From positions 16,306,001-16,370,000 of the forward strand of contig NC_043008.1 in the NCBI RefSeq assembly GCF_006345805.1: 64,000 bases of DNA, written 5' to 3'. Below are positions 1 to 14,505 of the stretch, one piece after another; within the stretch, counting starts at the first letter, position 1, and the number at the start of each line of letters is the position of its first letter. The stretch comes from Octopus sinensis (Eukaryota). The notes below the pieces were generated by a model. The model worked only from the letters and a program-made list of their open reading frames with translations. It did no database searches and had not been told where the DNA came from. The position numbers and the translations under genes were made by a program.

Positions 1-96
1 CTGGTTTACTGCCGTGGTCAGATTGGTAGTGGATGTAAGTGTTTGTTACAATAGCATCAAAAACATACATACTTTTAAAACCAAATGAGACAAATG

Positions 97-508
97 GGCG
101 CAGGAGTGGCTGTGTGGTAAGTAGCTTGTTTACCAACCACGTAGTTCCGGGTTCAGTCCCACTGCGTGGCACCTTGCGCAAGTGTCTTCTACTATAGCCT
201 CGGGCCAACCAAAGCCTTGTGAGTGGATTTGGTAGATGGAAACTGAAAGAAGCCCGTAGTATATATGTATATATATATATATATGCGTGTGTGTTTGTGT
301 GTCTGTGTTTGTCCCCCTAGCATGGCTTGACAACCGTTGCTGGTGTGTTTATGTCCCCGTTACTTAGCAGTTCGGCAAAAGAGACCGATAGAATAAGTAC
401 TGGGCTTACAAAAGAATAAATCCCGGGGTCGAGTTGCTCGATCAAAGGAAGTGCTCCAGCATGGCCGCAGTCAAATGACTGATAGAAGTAAAAGAGTAAA
501 AGAGTAAA
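97..508 (+). mobile_element. SINE family A, full-length
   Basis: tRNA-like head with A-box TGGCTGTGTGG and B-box GGTTCAGTCCC, internal (TA)n(TG)n, conserved 3' body, (GTAAAAGA)n tail; more than 10 homologous copies in window. Confidence 0.9.
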
Positions 509-917
509 GTCTATTCCCGAAAGGGAAACCGATTCATTTGATTCATACCAGCTTTGAAGAATAAGACAGATTCCTTACTGTATCACCCTTTTTTCCTTGA
601 AACGAATGCTTTCATTATCATACCTTAAATGCGATAGATGCCACTAGTTTACGCTCATTAAACATATCTTTTTTTTTAATGGGTGATATACAGAAAGTGC
701 ATATCTGCGAAAATGAATTGACCAATAGCGAATCTCAGTAATGATACCGAATGAGCAACAGAGAAAACACACGAGATATTTAAAAAAGACATTCATTTTT
801 CGATCACTCATTTTCAATGTAATCATTTAGTGATAATATAGAAAGTCCTTAATGCACGAATAAAATATGTATCGATTCAATGTTCGAGATAGTGAACATA
901 CCTAACACAGCAACAGA

Positions 918-925
918 CATATATA

Positions 926-1011
<86 letters not shown>

Positions 1012-1118
1012 TAATACACACACATATACATAAATATATATATTCATGGATATATATATATATATATATATACATCTATTTATATATATATATATATTAT
1101 ATATATATATATATATAC

Positions 1119-1152
<34 letters not shown>

Positions 1153-1243
1153 TTAATACACACACATATATATGTATAACTATATAAATATATCTATATG
1201 TATACCTATATAACATATAAATGTACACACTCAGATATGTATG

Positions 1244-1286
<43 letters not shown>

Positions 1287-1290
1287 CAGG
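918..1290. repeat. Compound (TA)n/(TG)n microsatellite
   Basis: Direct inspection. Confidence 0.95.
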
Positions 1291-1619
1291 ATTGAGACAA
1301 CATTTTATTTGATGCAATCAAAGTGGAAAATAGAATTTTATAGATCGGTGAGAGTTAGGCTTATGTGTTTATTTCTTTTTCGTTCGTGAAATAAAAGTCC
1401 AGACGATATGGAACCAAAATTTGTAACAAGCAAGTAACTCGGTAGCGTTCCAATCAGCTCACATTGAACAAACCAGACATCATTAACAATTTATATAAAC
1501 AACTGAATAAATTTATACATTCTCCTACACACATGCACATTCGGATATTTGTGCAAACGCACGAATGACACACGCACACGAAACCACATACGTGCATATG
1601 TCTACACAGCTCTGTGTGT

Positions 1620-1819
1620 GTATATATGTACGCATTATATATATATATGTATATATGTATACTTATATATATATGTATATATGTATATATAATTGTATAT
1701 TTGTATATATGTATACTTATATATATATATATATGTGTATATATATATATATTATATGTATATATATATATGTATATATATATATTACATATATATATCT
1801 ATATATACACATATATATA

Positions 1820-1882
<63 letters not shown>
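1620..1882. repeat. Degenerate (TA)n microsatellite
   Basis: Direct inspection. Confidence 0.95.
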
Positions 1883-2893
1883 CATGAACTGAAAGCCTAA
1901 TAGGTAATATGTATTTAAAATGAAATTCAATATATGATATAAATTTCGATAAATGCTGAATTTATCGAATACGCCATTCTGTAATCTTCTCTGACACACG
2001 GACACAGACACACACACAACATACGAACGTACACATACCTATCTGCATATATATGTGTGTGTGTGTGTATATTTTGTTTGTGTGTGTGTGCGTCTATACA
2101 TTCGTGTATTCATTGTGTGTATGGTCGTACATGTACGTGTGATTTTATAAAAACTCATATCACACCAAGACAGTTTCCACGTACATTCATAATCTTAAAT
2201 AAAGAGCCAGCTAATAAAATCGGGGAACAACTAGAAGATATAGTATTTCGTGTGAAACTAATTCGTTGATTAGAAAATTCTTAAATATGGTATTTAAAAT
2301 GTATCTCCAAGCCTGAGTGCTGTGTGTGTGGAAGACGCATGTTCAGGTGTTCATTTTCGAAAATTATGAAGAATTTGTACTCTAAGAAAATAGTTCTGTA
2401 TTCAGTGATATGTAACCTTTCTGTAATCACATTACAGTCTTTAACTTCATAACGTAGTGGTGAGCTGCTTGAATCGTTAAAGCGTCGGAACCAAAAGTTT
2501 CGCGTTATTTCTCTCGAATTTTTGCACACGGAGCCTCTCCCGATGTGAACCTTGCTTTTCATCATTTCGGAGTCAAATATACATAGACTAGATGTGTACT
2601 AGATTGTGATGAAATCAATTTGAATCCTTGCCTTGCTGTGCAAATGCTTGAAACTTTTTGCAGAACACCTAATTGTGGGGAGGCGCCAGACACGCTAGTG
2701 CATCTGAAAAATTATTTGCAATGTTTCTTCTCTCTCTTTACGATCTGAACACAAACTCTGCCAAGGCCAGATTTGCTTTTCATCCTTTCGTTGTGATTTA
2801 AATAAAATTGCATCAGCTACTGAAGTCGATGCAAACGATTTATCCCTTTCACCGATTTTCAGACACTGTGTTTCAATTACAAATGGGATGGGC

Positions 2894-3274
2894 GGAAGCA
2901 CTCCGTCGGTTACGACGATGAGGGTTCCGGTTGATCCGAATCAACGGAACAGCCTGCTCGTGAAATTAACGTGTAAGTAGCTGAGCACTCCACAGACACG
3001 TGCACCCTTAACGTGGTTCTCGGGGATATTCAGCGTGACACAGAGTGACAAGGCCGGCCCCTTGAAATACAGGTACAACAGAAACAGGAAGTAGGAGTGA
3101 GAGAAACTTGTGGTGAAAGAGTACAGCAGAGATCACCACCATCCCCTGCCGGAGCCTCGTGGAGCTTTTAGGTGTTTTCGCTCAATAAACACTCACAACG
3201 CCCAGTCTGGGAATCGAAACAGCGAACCTATGACCGCGAGTCCGCTGCCCTAACCACTGGGCCATTGCGCCTCC
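2894..3274 (-). mobile_element. SINE family B (tRNA-Arg-like head), full-length
   Basis: Reverse complement matches 28605-28990; head GGCGCAATGGCCCAGTGGTTAGGGCAGCGGACTCGCGG...GTTTCGATTCC. Confidence 0.9.
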
Positions 3275-3749
3275 AATTACAAATATATTATAGTACACAT
3301 AAAAATGCGGATATCATGGTTGTATTTAGGGTGGGTGATTATATCAACAAAAATTCAAATAGACACAGGCACTGGTGTAGTACTTCTTTATTTTATCATC
3401 TAATTATCCAATGGATTGTAACGTAATCAATTGCTTGTCATTTATCTAAGCGTCCTTTCTCCTCTATTCGTGACCTCATTGATGACGCCTTTACATTTCA
3501 AGGTGTCATAATTTGTTTGAAGCTTATTTTGGTGCTACATGGATCGTCTACGTTTAAAAAAATTTCCAATCGGTGCACTTCTTCTAATGATAGGAAATAT
3601 GTTGCCTGAGGATAAAAGAATAAACTGAAATCCAGGGAACCAACACCCGATTGCTTAAAATAATCAGAATTTATGGAATGCACATTTTACTGTTCCACAT
3701 ATACCACTACATCCACTACGAAGGCCCAGGACATGGACCACTGGATTAC

Positions 3750-3872
3750 CTCCTCTCCCATATCTTTCCTTGAAGTTAGCGAATTGCAGCAGCTTAAAAT
3801 GAATATTAAATGCAACATACTCGGTCTCAACATACTCAGATAAGGGTATGAACAAGCATAGGGTACTGCCAT
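3750..3872 (-). CDS. Candidate first coding exon with signal-peptide-like segment (unverified)
   Basis: Acceptor TTTATTTAG ending at 3890, ATG at 3872, 41 codons MAVPYACSYPYLSMLRPSMLHLIFILSCCNSLTSRKDMGEE, donor GAG|GTAATC at 3750; no homology recognised. Confidence 0.2.
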
Positions 3873-3975
3873 TTTCTTCAAATTAGGAACTAAATAAACA
3901 CATATATACACATGTAACCATACATTCATATATATATATATATTATATAATATATATATATATATAATATATATA

Positions 3976-4199
3976 TATATTGTATAGAGGGCATTATTAA
4001 CACATAAATGCCACACGCTAGAGGGACATAAGTGTCATTACTACCAAAATTTAACGAATCATACCGAATGCAGCTCTCGAAGCAAGACATTTAAAAAACT
4101 GAATTTATTTCTATATCACCTGTGATTTCGCACTTAACGTATTAAATACGTCTTTTAGCGTGTGGCATCTATGTGTAATAATGCCCGCTATACAATATA
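3976..4199. mobile_element. Foldback/MITE-like element with ~50-bp imperfect TIRs
   Basis: Left TATTGTATAGAGGGCATTATTAACACATAAATGCCACACGCTA; right arm reverse-complements to TATTGTATAGCGGGCATTATTACACATAGATGCCACACGCTA. Confidence 0.6.
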
Positions 4200-4337
4200 A
4201 ATAAATATTTTCAAGTGAAAAAATTATTTTCGGATTTTTTCTCTTATGAGGTTTTTCACGCTAACTACCTGATAATTTCTTGTTAAGATTCCTTATTAAG
4301 ACTTTATCCTTATTGTTAAATTTATTATATATAATAA

Positions 4338-4369
<32 letters not shown>

Positions 4370-4425
4370 TATATATAATATATATATATAGTTATATATA
4401 TATATATGTATAATATATATATACC

Positions 4426-4456
<31 letters not shown>

Positions 4457-5445
4457 CATATAATGTGTGTGCATGTCTGTGTGCGTGTGCGCGAGTGATG
4501 TGTACATATGTGTATGGAATTGGAGACAGAGAGAGTGAGATAAAGATGTGTTTAAGCTTTAGTCAATGTTTTGTACAACTGCGAAGTAATTTACAAGAAA
4601 CCGTATAACAATAAGATAACAAACCAAAGTTGATGGGGAAATAAGATTGGAAATCAGTTCTTCATCCTATATATATTTATTGTTATTTTAGGAAGACATC
4701 TCACGACGGTTCTGTAGAGTAAGAGACGAACATTAGGAAAACATTTCACAAAGGAGAAATTTACCCGTGTGGTGATGAATGTTGATTTACTGAAATGGTT
4801 AGGTAGTCTTAGCGTCCATATTTGTTGATAGTCAGGTTGCTGAAACAGAAGCAGTCGAAATTATTCGCGTGACAGAAGAAAATCATTTGTAGTCATGCTT
4901 CGTTGATCATGACTGTATCTATCTAAAGTCTTTACTTCTAAATCACATCTTATCTCTCGGACATCTCACCAGCTACAGATCTCTGTTCACTGTTAAATTG
5001 GTAGGGAAGTGAATTGCAACTTTGTGCGTACAGACTTGAATATTTTCGTGTGATAGAGTAATATATTTAGAATGTTTAGAAATTATATTTTTTGTGTAAA
5101 TTCGAATTTGGCAACGAATATCTTAACAAAATGTCCATAGCAGTCCTAGAATTTCTATATGAAGTATATGACACAATTTCCAAGTGAGTGACTTATCTTC
5201 CCCATTTTGACTACTTCTTGGGGTACTACCAGGAATGTTCGTGTTATCTTAAACTGTTCAAACATCCCGTCAACAGAGACCCAACTATATAATTGGCATG
5301 TATATTGAATTTAACTGACAGGCTGACTGTCGGAAATACTTCTTTCGTCGATTGACTTTCATAGTTTCGTCACCGTAATAGAAAGAAGTAGTCATGTTTT
5401 TTTATGACTACACCCACTACAGTCGACTCCCTCTGTGGCCATCAA

Positions 5446-5546
5446 GCCCCTTCCTAGCACGCCCTTCCTAGCAGGCACTACTCCTTGTTCTTTTGTCCTA
5501 GAGTCCCCCAGCCCCTTCCTAGAAGGCACTATTCCTTGTGCTTTTG
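5446..5546. repeat. Short direct repeats (GCCCCTTCCTAG..GGCACTA.TCCTTGT.CTTTTG)
   Basis: Two ~35-bp copies about 50 bp apart plus one partial copy. Confidence 0.6.
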
Positions 5547-6787
5547 GCCTTAGATATACAATTATTTGTTAAACTAGCCTTTAATTTAAAAGTGGCCCCA
5601 TAAAACAGTAACAAACAAAATCTTCAACATGTCTTTCTTTCTGATACCTTAGTAGCTTCTAAGCTGAAGTGAAGACTGTATGTTCTTTGTCTATCTCCAT
5701 ACACTCTTAAATATTATAGGTAAAATTATACTAATTTGTCCATCTCTTTTAATTTAATTAAATAGTTCTAGTTAGAATGGAGTGTCTATATTATTGTCAA
5801 ATTTCATACACAAACAGATCATAGTGTGTGTGTGTGTGTGTGTGTGTGTAACATCGAAATATTTAAGCTTGGTTGCAAATATTGAAATCTTATGTTTCAC
5901 ATGCGAATAATTTGTTAGAATCAGATTATGAATTTAATTAGATATAAGCCCATTAACAGCAGATTATTATTGACGCTGTGAAAAAATTATTATGGTAGTT
6001 ACTAGAGGAGTTGAAAGGTAAATAAATAAATCAAATTTGCTTATACGAATAATGTTAGATCTTGTTATTTCAGGACATTATTTTTCAAGGTGAGTCGTGA
6101 AATGCAGCCGGAGGAATATAATTTGTTTAAGTCGAACGTACATCCACAACTAACGACATTTATGTATGCCATACCTATACGTTTCTTGTAACACATTGGG
6201 AATATTCCCAGTTATCTAAGCTGCGATTAGACATGTTGCTGAGGAGGAATCACGAGTTGCAACCGATTATTTTAAGGTAGCATTAGATTAATAACAGAAT
6301 AGTTAATTTTGATTCTGATGCTATTTAAGTAGTTGATGGTTCGTCTTGATAACATAGTCGGTCTTGTATATAAATATTTGATCTTGATGGGATTTAAAAG
6401 TATTAATATCTACAGCAAGTAGTGCATTGCAATAATGCTTGTTGGAAGATATGATTTTCAGATATGAAGAATACAAATCAGTTGAATAGTTCCACTTTCA
6501 GTAACTCACAGCTCTATCGTATAAATCCGATCCAACGATACGTAGTCGCTCATCAAATACTCAACCTCACCCATGCCTCACTCGATCGTCTTAAAGTGAG
6601 GAAAGAAAGCAATATAACTGAAGCTCAGACATTGAGAGACAAAATGGACTGCACTGAAATTGATCTAAAGTCTAAAATCTCAAATTTAAGTCTTGTACGG
6701 GTTAACAGTAAAGATAGATGCTAGGAAAACGTTCTGAAATCTTATCAGCATACATATGACGAATTTGAACTGGATACCAGGAATATA

Positions 6788-7298
6788 CCGTAAATCCTCA
6801 AGTATAATCCGCATTTTTCCCCAAAATTTAATGGTCATAATCCCCTGTGCGTAATATATACGAGGTTAAAAAGGAATATTATTTTCTTAGCAATGTCCAA
6901 GTCTCTATTTGCTATCTGGCAATGTTTATTCAGCTGCATTTTGTGATGATGGGTGCGAAAATACCTTAAGCTAAGCCTGAAAGCAATGAAGTCATAAAAG
7001 AATCATCCATAACTTGCAGTAAGCAACATATATTAAACGTTATTACTGTTATTTCTATATTTTCTGCAAACAAAATGCACCAAAACGCTACACGTTTGCA
7101 TTATGTTATATATACAATCATATTAAAGGACGTTACCGTATATATATTTACAAACCAAGGACGTTATATAGACCTCCTTGACTCAAGTTAGAGAAGGGGT
7201 GCGTATTATACACAAGGTTTAGGTTTTTCAGAGTTCCAGCCCCGTAAAAATCCCCTGCGTATTATACTTAAGGGCGGACAAGACTCGAGGATTTACGG
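6788..7298. mobile_element. pogo/Tigger-like non-autonomous DNA transposon (MITE)
   Basis: TIR CCGTAAATCCTC(A/G)AGT at both ends, TA on both flanks (6786-6787, 7299-7300), subterminal TGCGTA(T/A)TATA repeats. Confidence 0.75.
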
Positions 7299-9799
7299 TA
7301 TGTGGAATTAGACGATAAAAGAATGACAAATGGAACACATAAGAAAATCATTCACGATGAAAATCTTGCATCAACCTCAGAGGAGACTCATTTTTACAAG
7401 AGAAGAATTTTGTTCAAAACTTCCATTTCATTTTATATGGTTGCTTATCACCTTACCAAAACACAGGATAGCCTATCAATAAGTGATTGACAAGTTCAAA
7501 GTTATAATGAACTTATGTAGTTTACTTGACGCAGAGATAAGAACAGAACCTAAGGAATTTATCGCCACTTACTTCTGTGGTTTGCAGCATTTTATAAGCT
7601 AAGATCATGTTTCACCCCATCTTTATAGGCATTTTTAATCATATAATGAAGGGTTGTTGAAACCTTTCCAGCTGTTGGTGTAACATTTGGAATATGTTCA
7701 AGCATGATGGCTACTAATTGTTCAATGATAAAAACTTATCCAAGAACGACTACGACGTATGAAAGACTAAGGTCTCAGTGCCTTTTGGATGTCGAATTAA
7801 CTATTCTAAAACCGATACAGTTTGAAGAAATCATAAAAAAATATTCAGATACCATGCGTAGAAAAAAATGTGTTTTTGTATGTATTTAAGTAGTATAGTG
7901 TATTAAGTTGGTACAATTTGCTGAACTTATTTTAAATGACAAAATTTTGCATTAACAGAGGCATTTAACTTTTCTATGAACTAACTTCAATGAAATACAA
8001 TAAGCATTTCAATTCTTCGAGGATTTAAATTACTCTGTGTAAGGGGCCACCGAACTTAAAGTCCCCAGAGCATCCCAAGCTTCAAATCCGACACTGAGTT
8101 AAGGCGAATAGCATCTAGTCTCCTTGGATGTGTTCGTGTTTCATATTCGTCGCGTGATTCTTACTAAATAACAGTGTCCCAGTAAGGCAATATCCTCTGT
8201 TTGAAAATGATTAAAGAATAATGTGTGTGTACGTGTGCATGTACACCTACAAATAAATATATATATGTATTTATATTTATGTATACATATACTTAAATAT
8301 ATATATATGTAGATAGATATAGATATGTATGTTTACATATATACATACACGTGTATATACATGCATACACACATGCACACAGCAGTCAAACAATAAATAA
8401 TAGGGTTATTATATGAGAAACTAACGTTATTTTTTTAATGAGAATCTATTAATTTGAACATCAAAATTACGTTTCTCTTTATTTAAATATCGCCTCTTTA
8501 TTTATATCAACATTTTAACCGAGGAGGAACTCAGTGTTGCAGTGTAAAACACTTTTCAAATTCGAGATGATTTACCTCATAATTTTGAATTTTAATCGCT
8601 TCACTAGTAATTTATTACTGATAATAATTGCAACAACTTCAAAAAAATATTTTCTTCGCCGTCACATTTTCTCCGATATTTTGGCAGTTTTGGAGAGAAA
8701 ATTTATTTTTACACAAGATTGTTTTATTTTATTTCAGATGTGTTGGTTATAATAAATGGTATTCAGTGAAGTGAATTATACAATTTTATTTCTCTTCTAC
8801 TTCTTAGGTAGAAATTGCATATTTGCAAAGAAAACACAGTTCAACTACTTTAAAGTGATGTCATTTATCTTGCATAAAGTAATATATGTATAGTTCATGC
8901 TGAAGCCCTCAATCAATATTAAAATATACGCATGTTACTGTATAACTTTATAAGATGGATCTTTTGTGAGATAGAAAGTTTCACACAACGCACACAACGT
9001 ATTATTGAAAGCAATCGCTGGAATATTTTGTTCCGTGGAGAATGCGGTTGAAGGTTCATTTTGTACTCATTTTGTTCAGAACTTTACTCTGTACAACTTG
9101 TTATAAGGATGTACAACCACCTTATTTCTCTCTTTCAGTAATGAAAATGAACCAATTGAAAATTTGCTTCAGCACCAAAGTGTTGAATTAACATGGCGTC
9201 ATTAAAATTTTGCTTTAACAATTGGGAGATATGCTAAACGTTCTATTATCAAGTGAGTCAAAGCTGAAGTTCAATCGCATTCAGGTCACAGTCAGCAAAG
9301 TGCTTCATTGAGCATATATATGAATATCACTTGCTGTTGTTCAGCCTACTTTATACTGAATCCATTAAGCGTCTTTAAGAACACGTTGAGCTCCAGCACG
9401 AGATATCATAAGAAAGCAAGGAGATATGGACAGCAAAGGAACCTTAGAACTATCCAGGCATGAATAGCTGACATAACTTAGTTAGGCAGATACTGTGTTT
9501 GTCCGTACGTCACAAGCAAACAATCAATCGTCTTCAATTGCATTCATAATGTAATATCTTATCTAGAATCATTGTAGGAAAAATAAAACATCCTCATTCA
9601 CTAACATGTGCACAGATACATGCACAGGTTTTGCTCAGCGATAAGAAGCTTGCTCCACAATCACATGTTTCCAAGTTCAGTTCCATAGTGTGGCACCTTC
9701 GGCATGTGTCTTCTACAATAACCTCATACCAACCAAAGGCTTTTCAGTGGGTTTGTTTGACAGAAACTGAAAGAAACCACCATACATACCTATATGTGT

Positions 9800-9927
<128 letters not shown>

Positions 9928-9928
9928 T

Positions 9929-10745
9929 AGGGTGGCCCAAAAGTAGGTTTATCTCTTTCGCATTCACATATTAACAGTTTAGATCTTAAAAATATGAAAC
10001 CTTTATTCTATGCTAATTTAGTTAATTTAGCAGGTTGTGTTTCTCTAGAACTATCCATACCAAGAACATCATTGCAAAGCCTAATGCATAAGCTGAAATT
10101 AATACCTTTCCGTCCACGACAGGTACATGGTCTTTTGGAAGATGAGATAGATCGCCGGTTGCAATTCTGCAAAATGATGCGAGACCAAATAACTAATGAG
10201 CAACCATACTATCTAGATTAGAGCATCTGGTCAGATGAGGTTTGCTTCAAAGTATCCAGTCATGTAAACAGGCATAACCGCATGTACTGGGCTGATGAAA
10301 ATCCCCATTTGACCATACAATCTCAACTGATGTAACAGGTTGGGGTGTATTCTCAAGCGAAGGTGTTATCGGAGGCGTTTTCTTTGATGGAATGTAAATC
10401 GAGAGAACAATTTGGAAATGCTTCATGACGTGGTAGTACCACAACTCAGAACAAAAGCTACCTTTGATGAACTGTTCTTTCAAGAAGATGGATCAACTCC
10501 ACATTATGCGTTGACAGTAAGAGTCTTCCTTTACCAAACCTTTCACAGCGTTGCTTTGGAAAACGGGGCAGCATCGAATGGCCACCACGTTCACCAGACC
10601 TTACCACAATGGATTTACTTTTTTGAAGCGTCGTAAAGGTTTATGAGAAGAATCTCTAAACAGTATATAAATTTAAAGCTTACATTTCTGACGCATTCAC
10701 TAAAATTGATGGAGACCGGAATTTATACTGCACTGTGTATCAGAG
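9929..10745 (+). mobile_element. Degenerate Tc1/mariner (Tc3-like) transposase
   Basis: AGGGTGGCCC terminus after TA; frameshifted motifs WSDE, VNRHN..YWADENP, FFQEDGSTPHY, EWPPRSPDLT; interrupted at 3' end by SINE A. Confidence 0.85.
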
Positions 10746-10900
10746 TGTGTTTGCATCCCCCGTAACTTAGATGTTCGGCAAAATAGACCGATAGAATAAA
10801 TACTAGGCTTACAAAGAATAAGTCCTGGGGTCGATTTGCTCGACTAAAGGCGGTCCTCCAGCACGGCCGCAGTCAAATGACTGAAAAAAGTAAAAGAGAG
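10745..10900 (+). mobile_element. SINE family A, 3' half
   Basis: Matches 3' body and tail of family A. Confidence 0.85.
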
Positions 10901-11629
10901 AGAGAGAGAGAGTAATGAAGATTAACTGAAACAAACAACAAACGTACGATACATTTACACACTTGGTATGTGTCTAAACGAAGTGTACTGGTCATGCTTA
11001 GAGGCGAGGGTGAACTCCATAGGGCTGCATGATAAATCAAAATATGATTGTAAACAAACAAATGCATATTCTTGTTGATTAATGAAATAAATTAAAATGC
11101 AAAATTTCTCCGTGGAAGGCGTACAAACTTTTCAAATAATAGTTTATGTATTGGACGTACACTGATTTAATTTATTTCGATTTTTGTCATATATTTTCTT
11201 GTAATAGTGTGCAAAACATCAGATTAGCGATGTTAACATATGTTTATCCTTGTACTTCAATCGGTATGAATATCTATTATATATGTGTATGCGTGAATGT
11301 CTATGTATATATATACGTATTTGTAGGCATGCATGAATGTGTGTATGCATATATATGTCACACGCCTCTAAGCATATACAGACACACAGACACAAATACA
11401 CACATACAAATACGCATACACGTGTAAGTATCTCTGTGTATATTCATAGATCAGAACTTATTTAATGTAACTTATATATTCTAAATATTTGATTGAGCAC
11501 TTTAGAACAGATTTATCGCATCTTTCTACGAATCAGGATTTGTTCCAGTTTACATTTATAAAACATCATCTATATTTATGCACTTCCATTTTCACACATA
11601 ACTGCATATGCAAGAATGTTCACCCCAAT

Positions 11630-12150
11630 TACAAGTATATATATATATATATATTATATATATGTATCTATATATATAATATATATACATACAAACATAC
11701 ATACCTATATATAGATATATATATGTATATATAGATGTACTATATTAATTTATATATATATATATATAATATATATAATATCTATATATATATGTATATA
11801 TACTATATAAATATATAATATATTTATATATATAATATCATATATAATAATATATATACTATAATATATAATATATATAAATATACTATCTATCTATCTA
11901 TATATATATATTATATACTATATATATGTATATACTATATCTATATAATATATATCTATATGTATATATTATATTATATATATATATATATATATATATT
12001 ACTATATATATATATATATATACATACCTATAGATGTACATGTATATATATTTGTGTATATATATATGTATATACATATATATGTATATATATATACAGA
12101 TATATATACACATACATATATATATACATATGTCTGTATATGCGCAAGTG
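11630..12150. repeat. Long degenerate (TA)n microsatellite
   Basis: Direct inspection. Confidence 0.95.
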
Positions 12151-12373
12151 TGTATGTGTATGCATCTGCATGACACAGTTATTATTATGCGATTTCCTAC
12201 GTGTATAATCGCGTGCATAATGTATGTGATTCCTTTACATATTGTTACTAACACCTTGGCTGAAAATATTGTATTGTGTTTGAATAGTTACTTATTCACA
12301 CCTACATTATGTTCGTTCTAAAAGCTCGCATAATTCAAAGAAGCAGCAGAGATGAACGTTCGCTTGCTTTGCA

Positions 12374-12405
<32 letters not shown>

Positions 12406-12799
12406 ATATATATATATATTATATATATATATATATGTACTTCCTTTTATTTGCCATTAGTGTAGTTCAACTACTCTCTGTGTAGTGACGTAGCTAAAAT
12501 AATTGATTATAAATCAGATTTTCGTGAAGCGTTGTAATGGGAGAGATTATCGAACATTTTCCCCAGCTACTGATTTGATTAGATCGGCCTCGTTTTCGGT
12601 TGAGTCATTACCAACGTATCATTACAACACGTCGATATGGTCCAGCTCTTCTATTGACCATAAAACTGTTATAAATTGAATTAAATATGCATGTTACATT
12701 GTGTTCTCTTGTTCACAATAGATGTAGCAGTAATTAAGTTAGATACATTCGTAGAAAGAAAGGCAATTAAAAATTCTAGAATAGTAAAAGCCATAACGA

Positions 12800-12815
12800 A
12801 ATATATATATATGTG

Positions 12816-12905
<90 letters not shown>

Positions 12906-12918
12906 TATATATATATAT

Positions 12919-12952
<34 letters not shown>

Positions 12953-12961
12953 GTATGTATA

Positions 12962-13026
<65 letters not shown>

Positions 13027-13030
13027 ATAA
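12800..13030. repeat. (TA)n microsatellite
   Basis: Direct inspection. Confidence 0.95.
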
Positions 13031-13520
13031 AGGAACAAATTTATTCTGTATTTTGTCCATATCCATGAATAACTGTAAGTATCTCATGATAATTTTATAT
13101 TGCGCTAAAACAATCCTAGTTATATTTTTAGGAACAATGTATAAATGCTTTGATTTTATGGATAAGTGTGAAAATTTGATACAAAGTGTCTTCAAAAATA
13201 TATCACGACGGGTTAACATTTGTTGATATTTTGTTGATATTTTTTCAACTCTATTTTATCATTTGTGTATCATGTTTGTTATTCCCCTTTATATATTTTT
13301 CCCGCCATGGCAGAACTTCAGACAAACTAACATAGAGACATAAATCATATATGCATATATATATGTGTGTTTGTGTGTGTGTGTATGTGTGTGTATGTGT
13401 GTTCACATGTACGACTATTTACATATATGCATATATATATATATATCTATTTACATGCAAGCACACAAATATATACACCACACACACACACACACACACA
13501 CAGCAACGGATGTATATAAA

Positions 13521-13680
13521 TGTGTGGTAAGAATCTTGCTTCCTACCCACATGGTTGAGTGTTCAGTTCCCCTGCGTAACACCTTGGGGAAATGTGCTCT
13601 ATTATAGTCCCGGGCCGGCCAAAGCCTTGTGAGTTAATAGTGAATTTGGTAGACGGAGAGTGGAAAAAGCCCCTCATATA
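13521..13680 (+). mobile_element. SINE family A, diverged 5' head
   Basis: GTGTGGTAAG...GTTCAGTTCCCCTGCGT...GCCTTGTGAG...TTTGGTAGACGG. Confidence 0.75.
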
Positions 13681-14140
13681 TATGTATGTATTGTGTCATC
13701 CCATAAATAATGCAGGTTTTCTGTACTTATTTCATTTTTCAAAATTAAGATAACGTTCTTTTTTAATCTAAAATATACTCTCTTCCATTTTCTACGATGC
13801 TCTTCCATCTATCTCGAAGGCTTCAAGGCCCCTCTTCCAAAATTCCCTTGTCCGTGACGAAAAAGGCATTGTTGTCTTTATTTATTAGGTATACTTTTGT
13901 ATAAGCAGGTATTGAAGAAAAGGTGGAAGGGAAATATGTTGTTTCAATTTTGTAGTAGTTGAATTATTCATCTACATTTATGTGACTGTGTAGTGAGAAG
14001 CTTGCTTCCCAATCTCAAGTTTGGAAAACATGTGTCTTTGGTAAGTGTTTTCTAGTATACATTCCGGCCGGCCGCAGCCTTGTGAGTGGATATAGCAGAC
14101 GGAAGCTGTATGAAGCTTGTCGTGTCTATCTATCTATCGG

Positions 14141-14330
14141 AAAAGTTTACGAAAATAAACAAAAGACGAAGGCAGGTGGAGTACAAACAAACAAATGTAT
14201 TAGTATAGCGCTCAGGAATAGAAATAGAAAAAGTATTTTACGTTTCGAGCCTACACGCTTCGACAGGAAGATACAGAGAAAAAAAACAATGAGAGAAACA
14301 AGGAGAGAAAAAAGGAGAGAAAAAAAGGAT
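14141..14330 (-). mobile_element. PLE pLTR-like repeat (family E)
   Basis: Reverse complement homologous to 53684-53860; contains a hammerhead-like motif. Confidence 0.65.
14233..14274 (-). ncRNA. Minimal type I hammerhead-like motif, degenerate
   Basis: Minus strand GTATCTTC-CTGTCGA-AGCGTGTAGGCTC-GAAA-CGTA-AAATAC; A6 replaced by U, helix II partly mismatched. Confidence 0.4.
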
Positions 14331-14375
14331 CTATCTATCTAGCTGTCTGTCTTTCTGTCTGTCTACATATATCAG

Positions 14376-14406
<31 letters not shown>

Positions 14407-14413
14407 CTGTATG

Positions 14414-14458
<45 letters not shown>

Positions 14459-14473
14459 CATATATATATATGT

Positions 14474-14505
<32 letters not shown>

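Noticed and set aside
2281-2565. 94-aa minus-strand ORF in unique sequence
   Set aside because: No recognisable domain; several ORFs of this length are expected by chance.
6464-7490. ORFs 6464-6724 and 7302-7490 flanking the pogo-like MITE as one interrupted gene
   Set aside because: Removing the MITE by hand does not join them in one frame (an in-frame TGA lies upstream), and no domain is recognisable.
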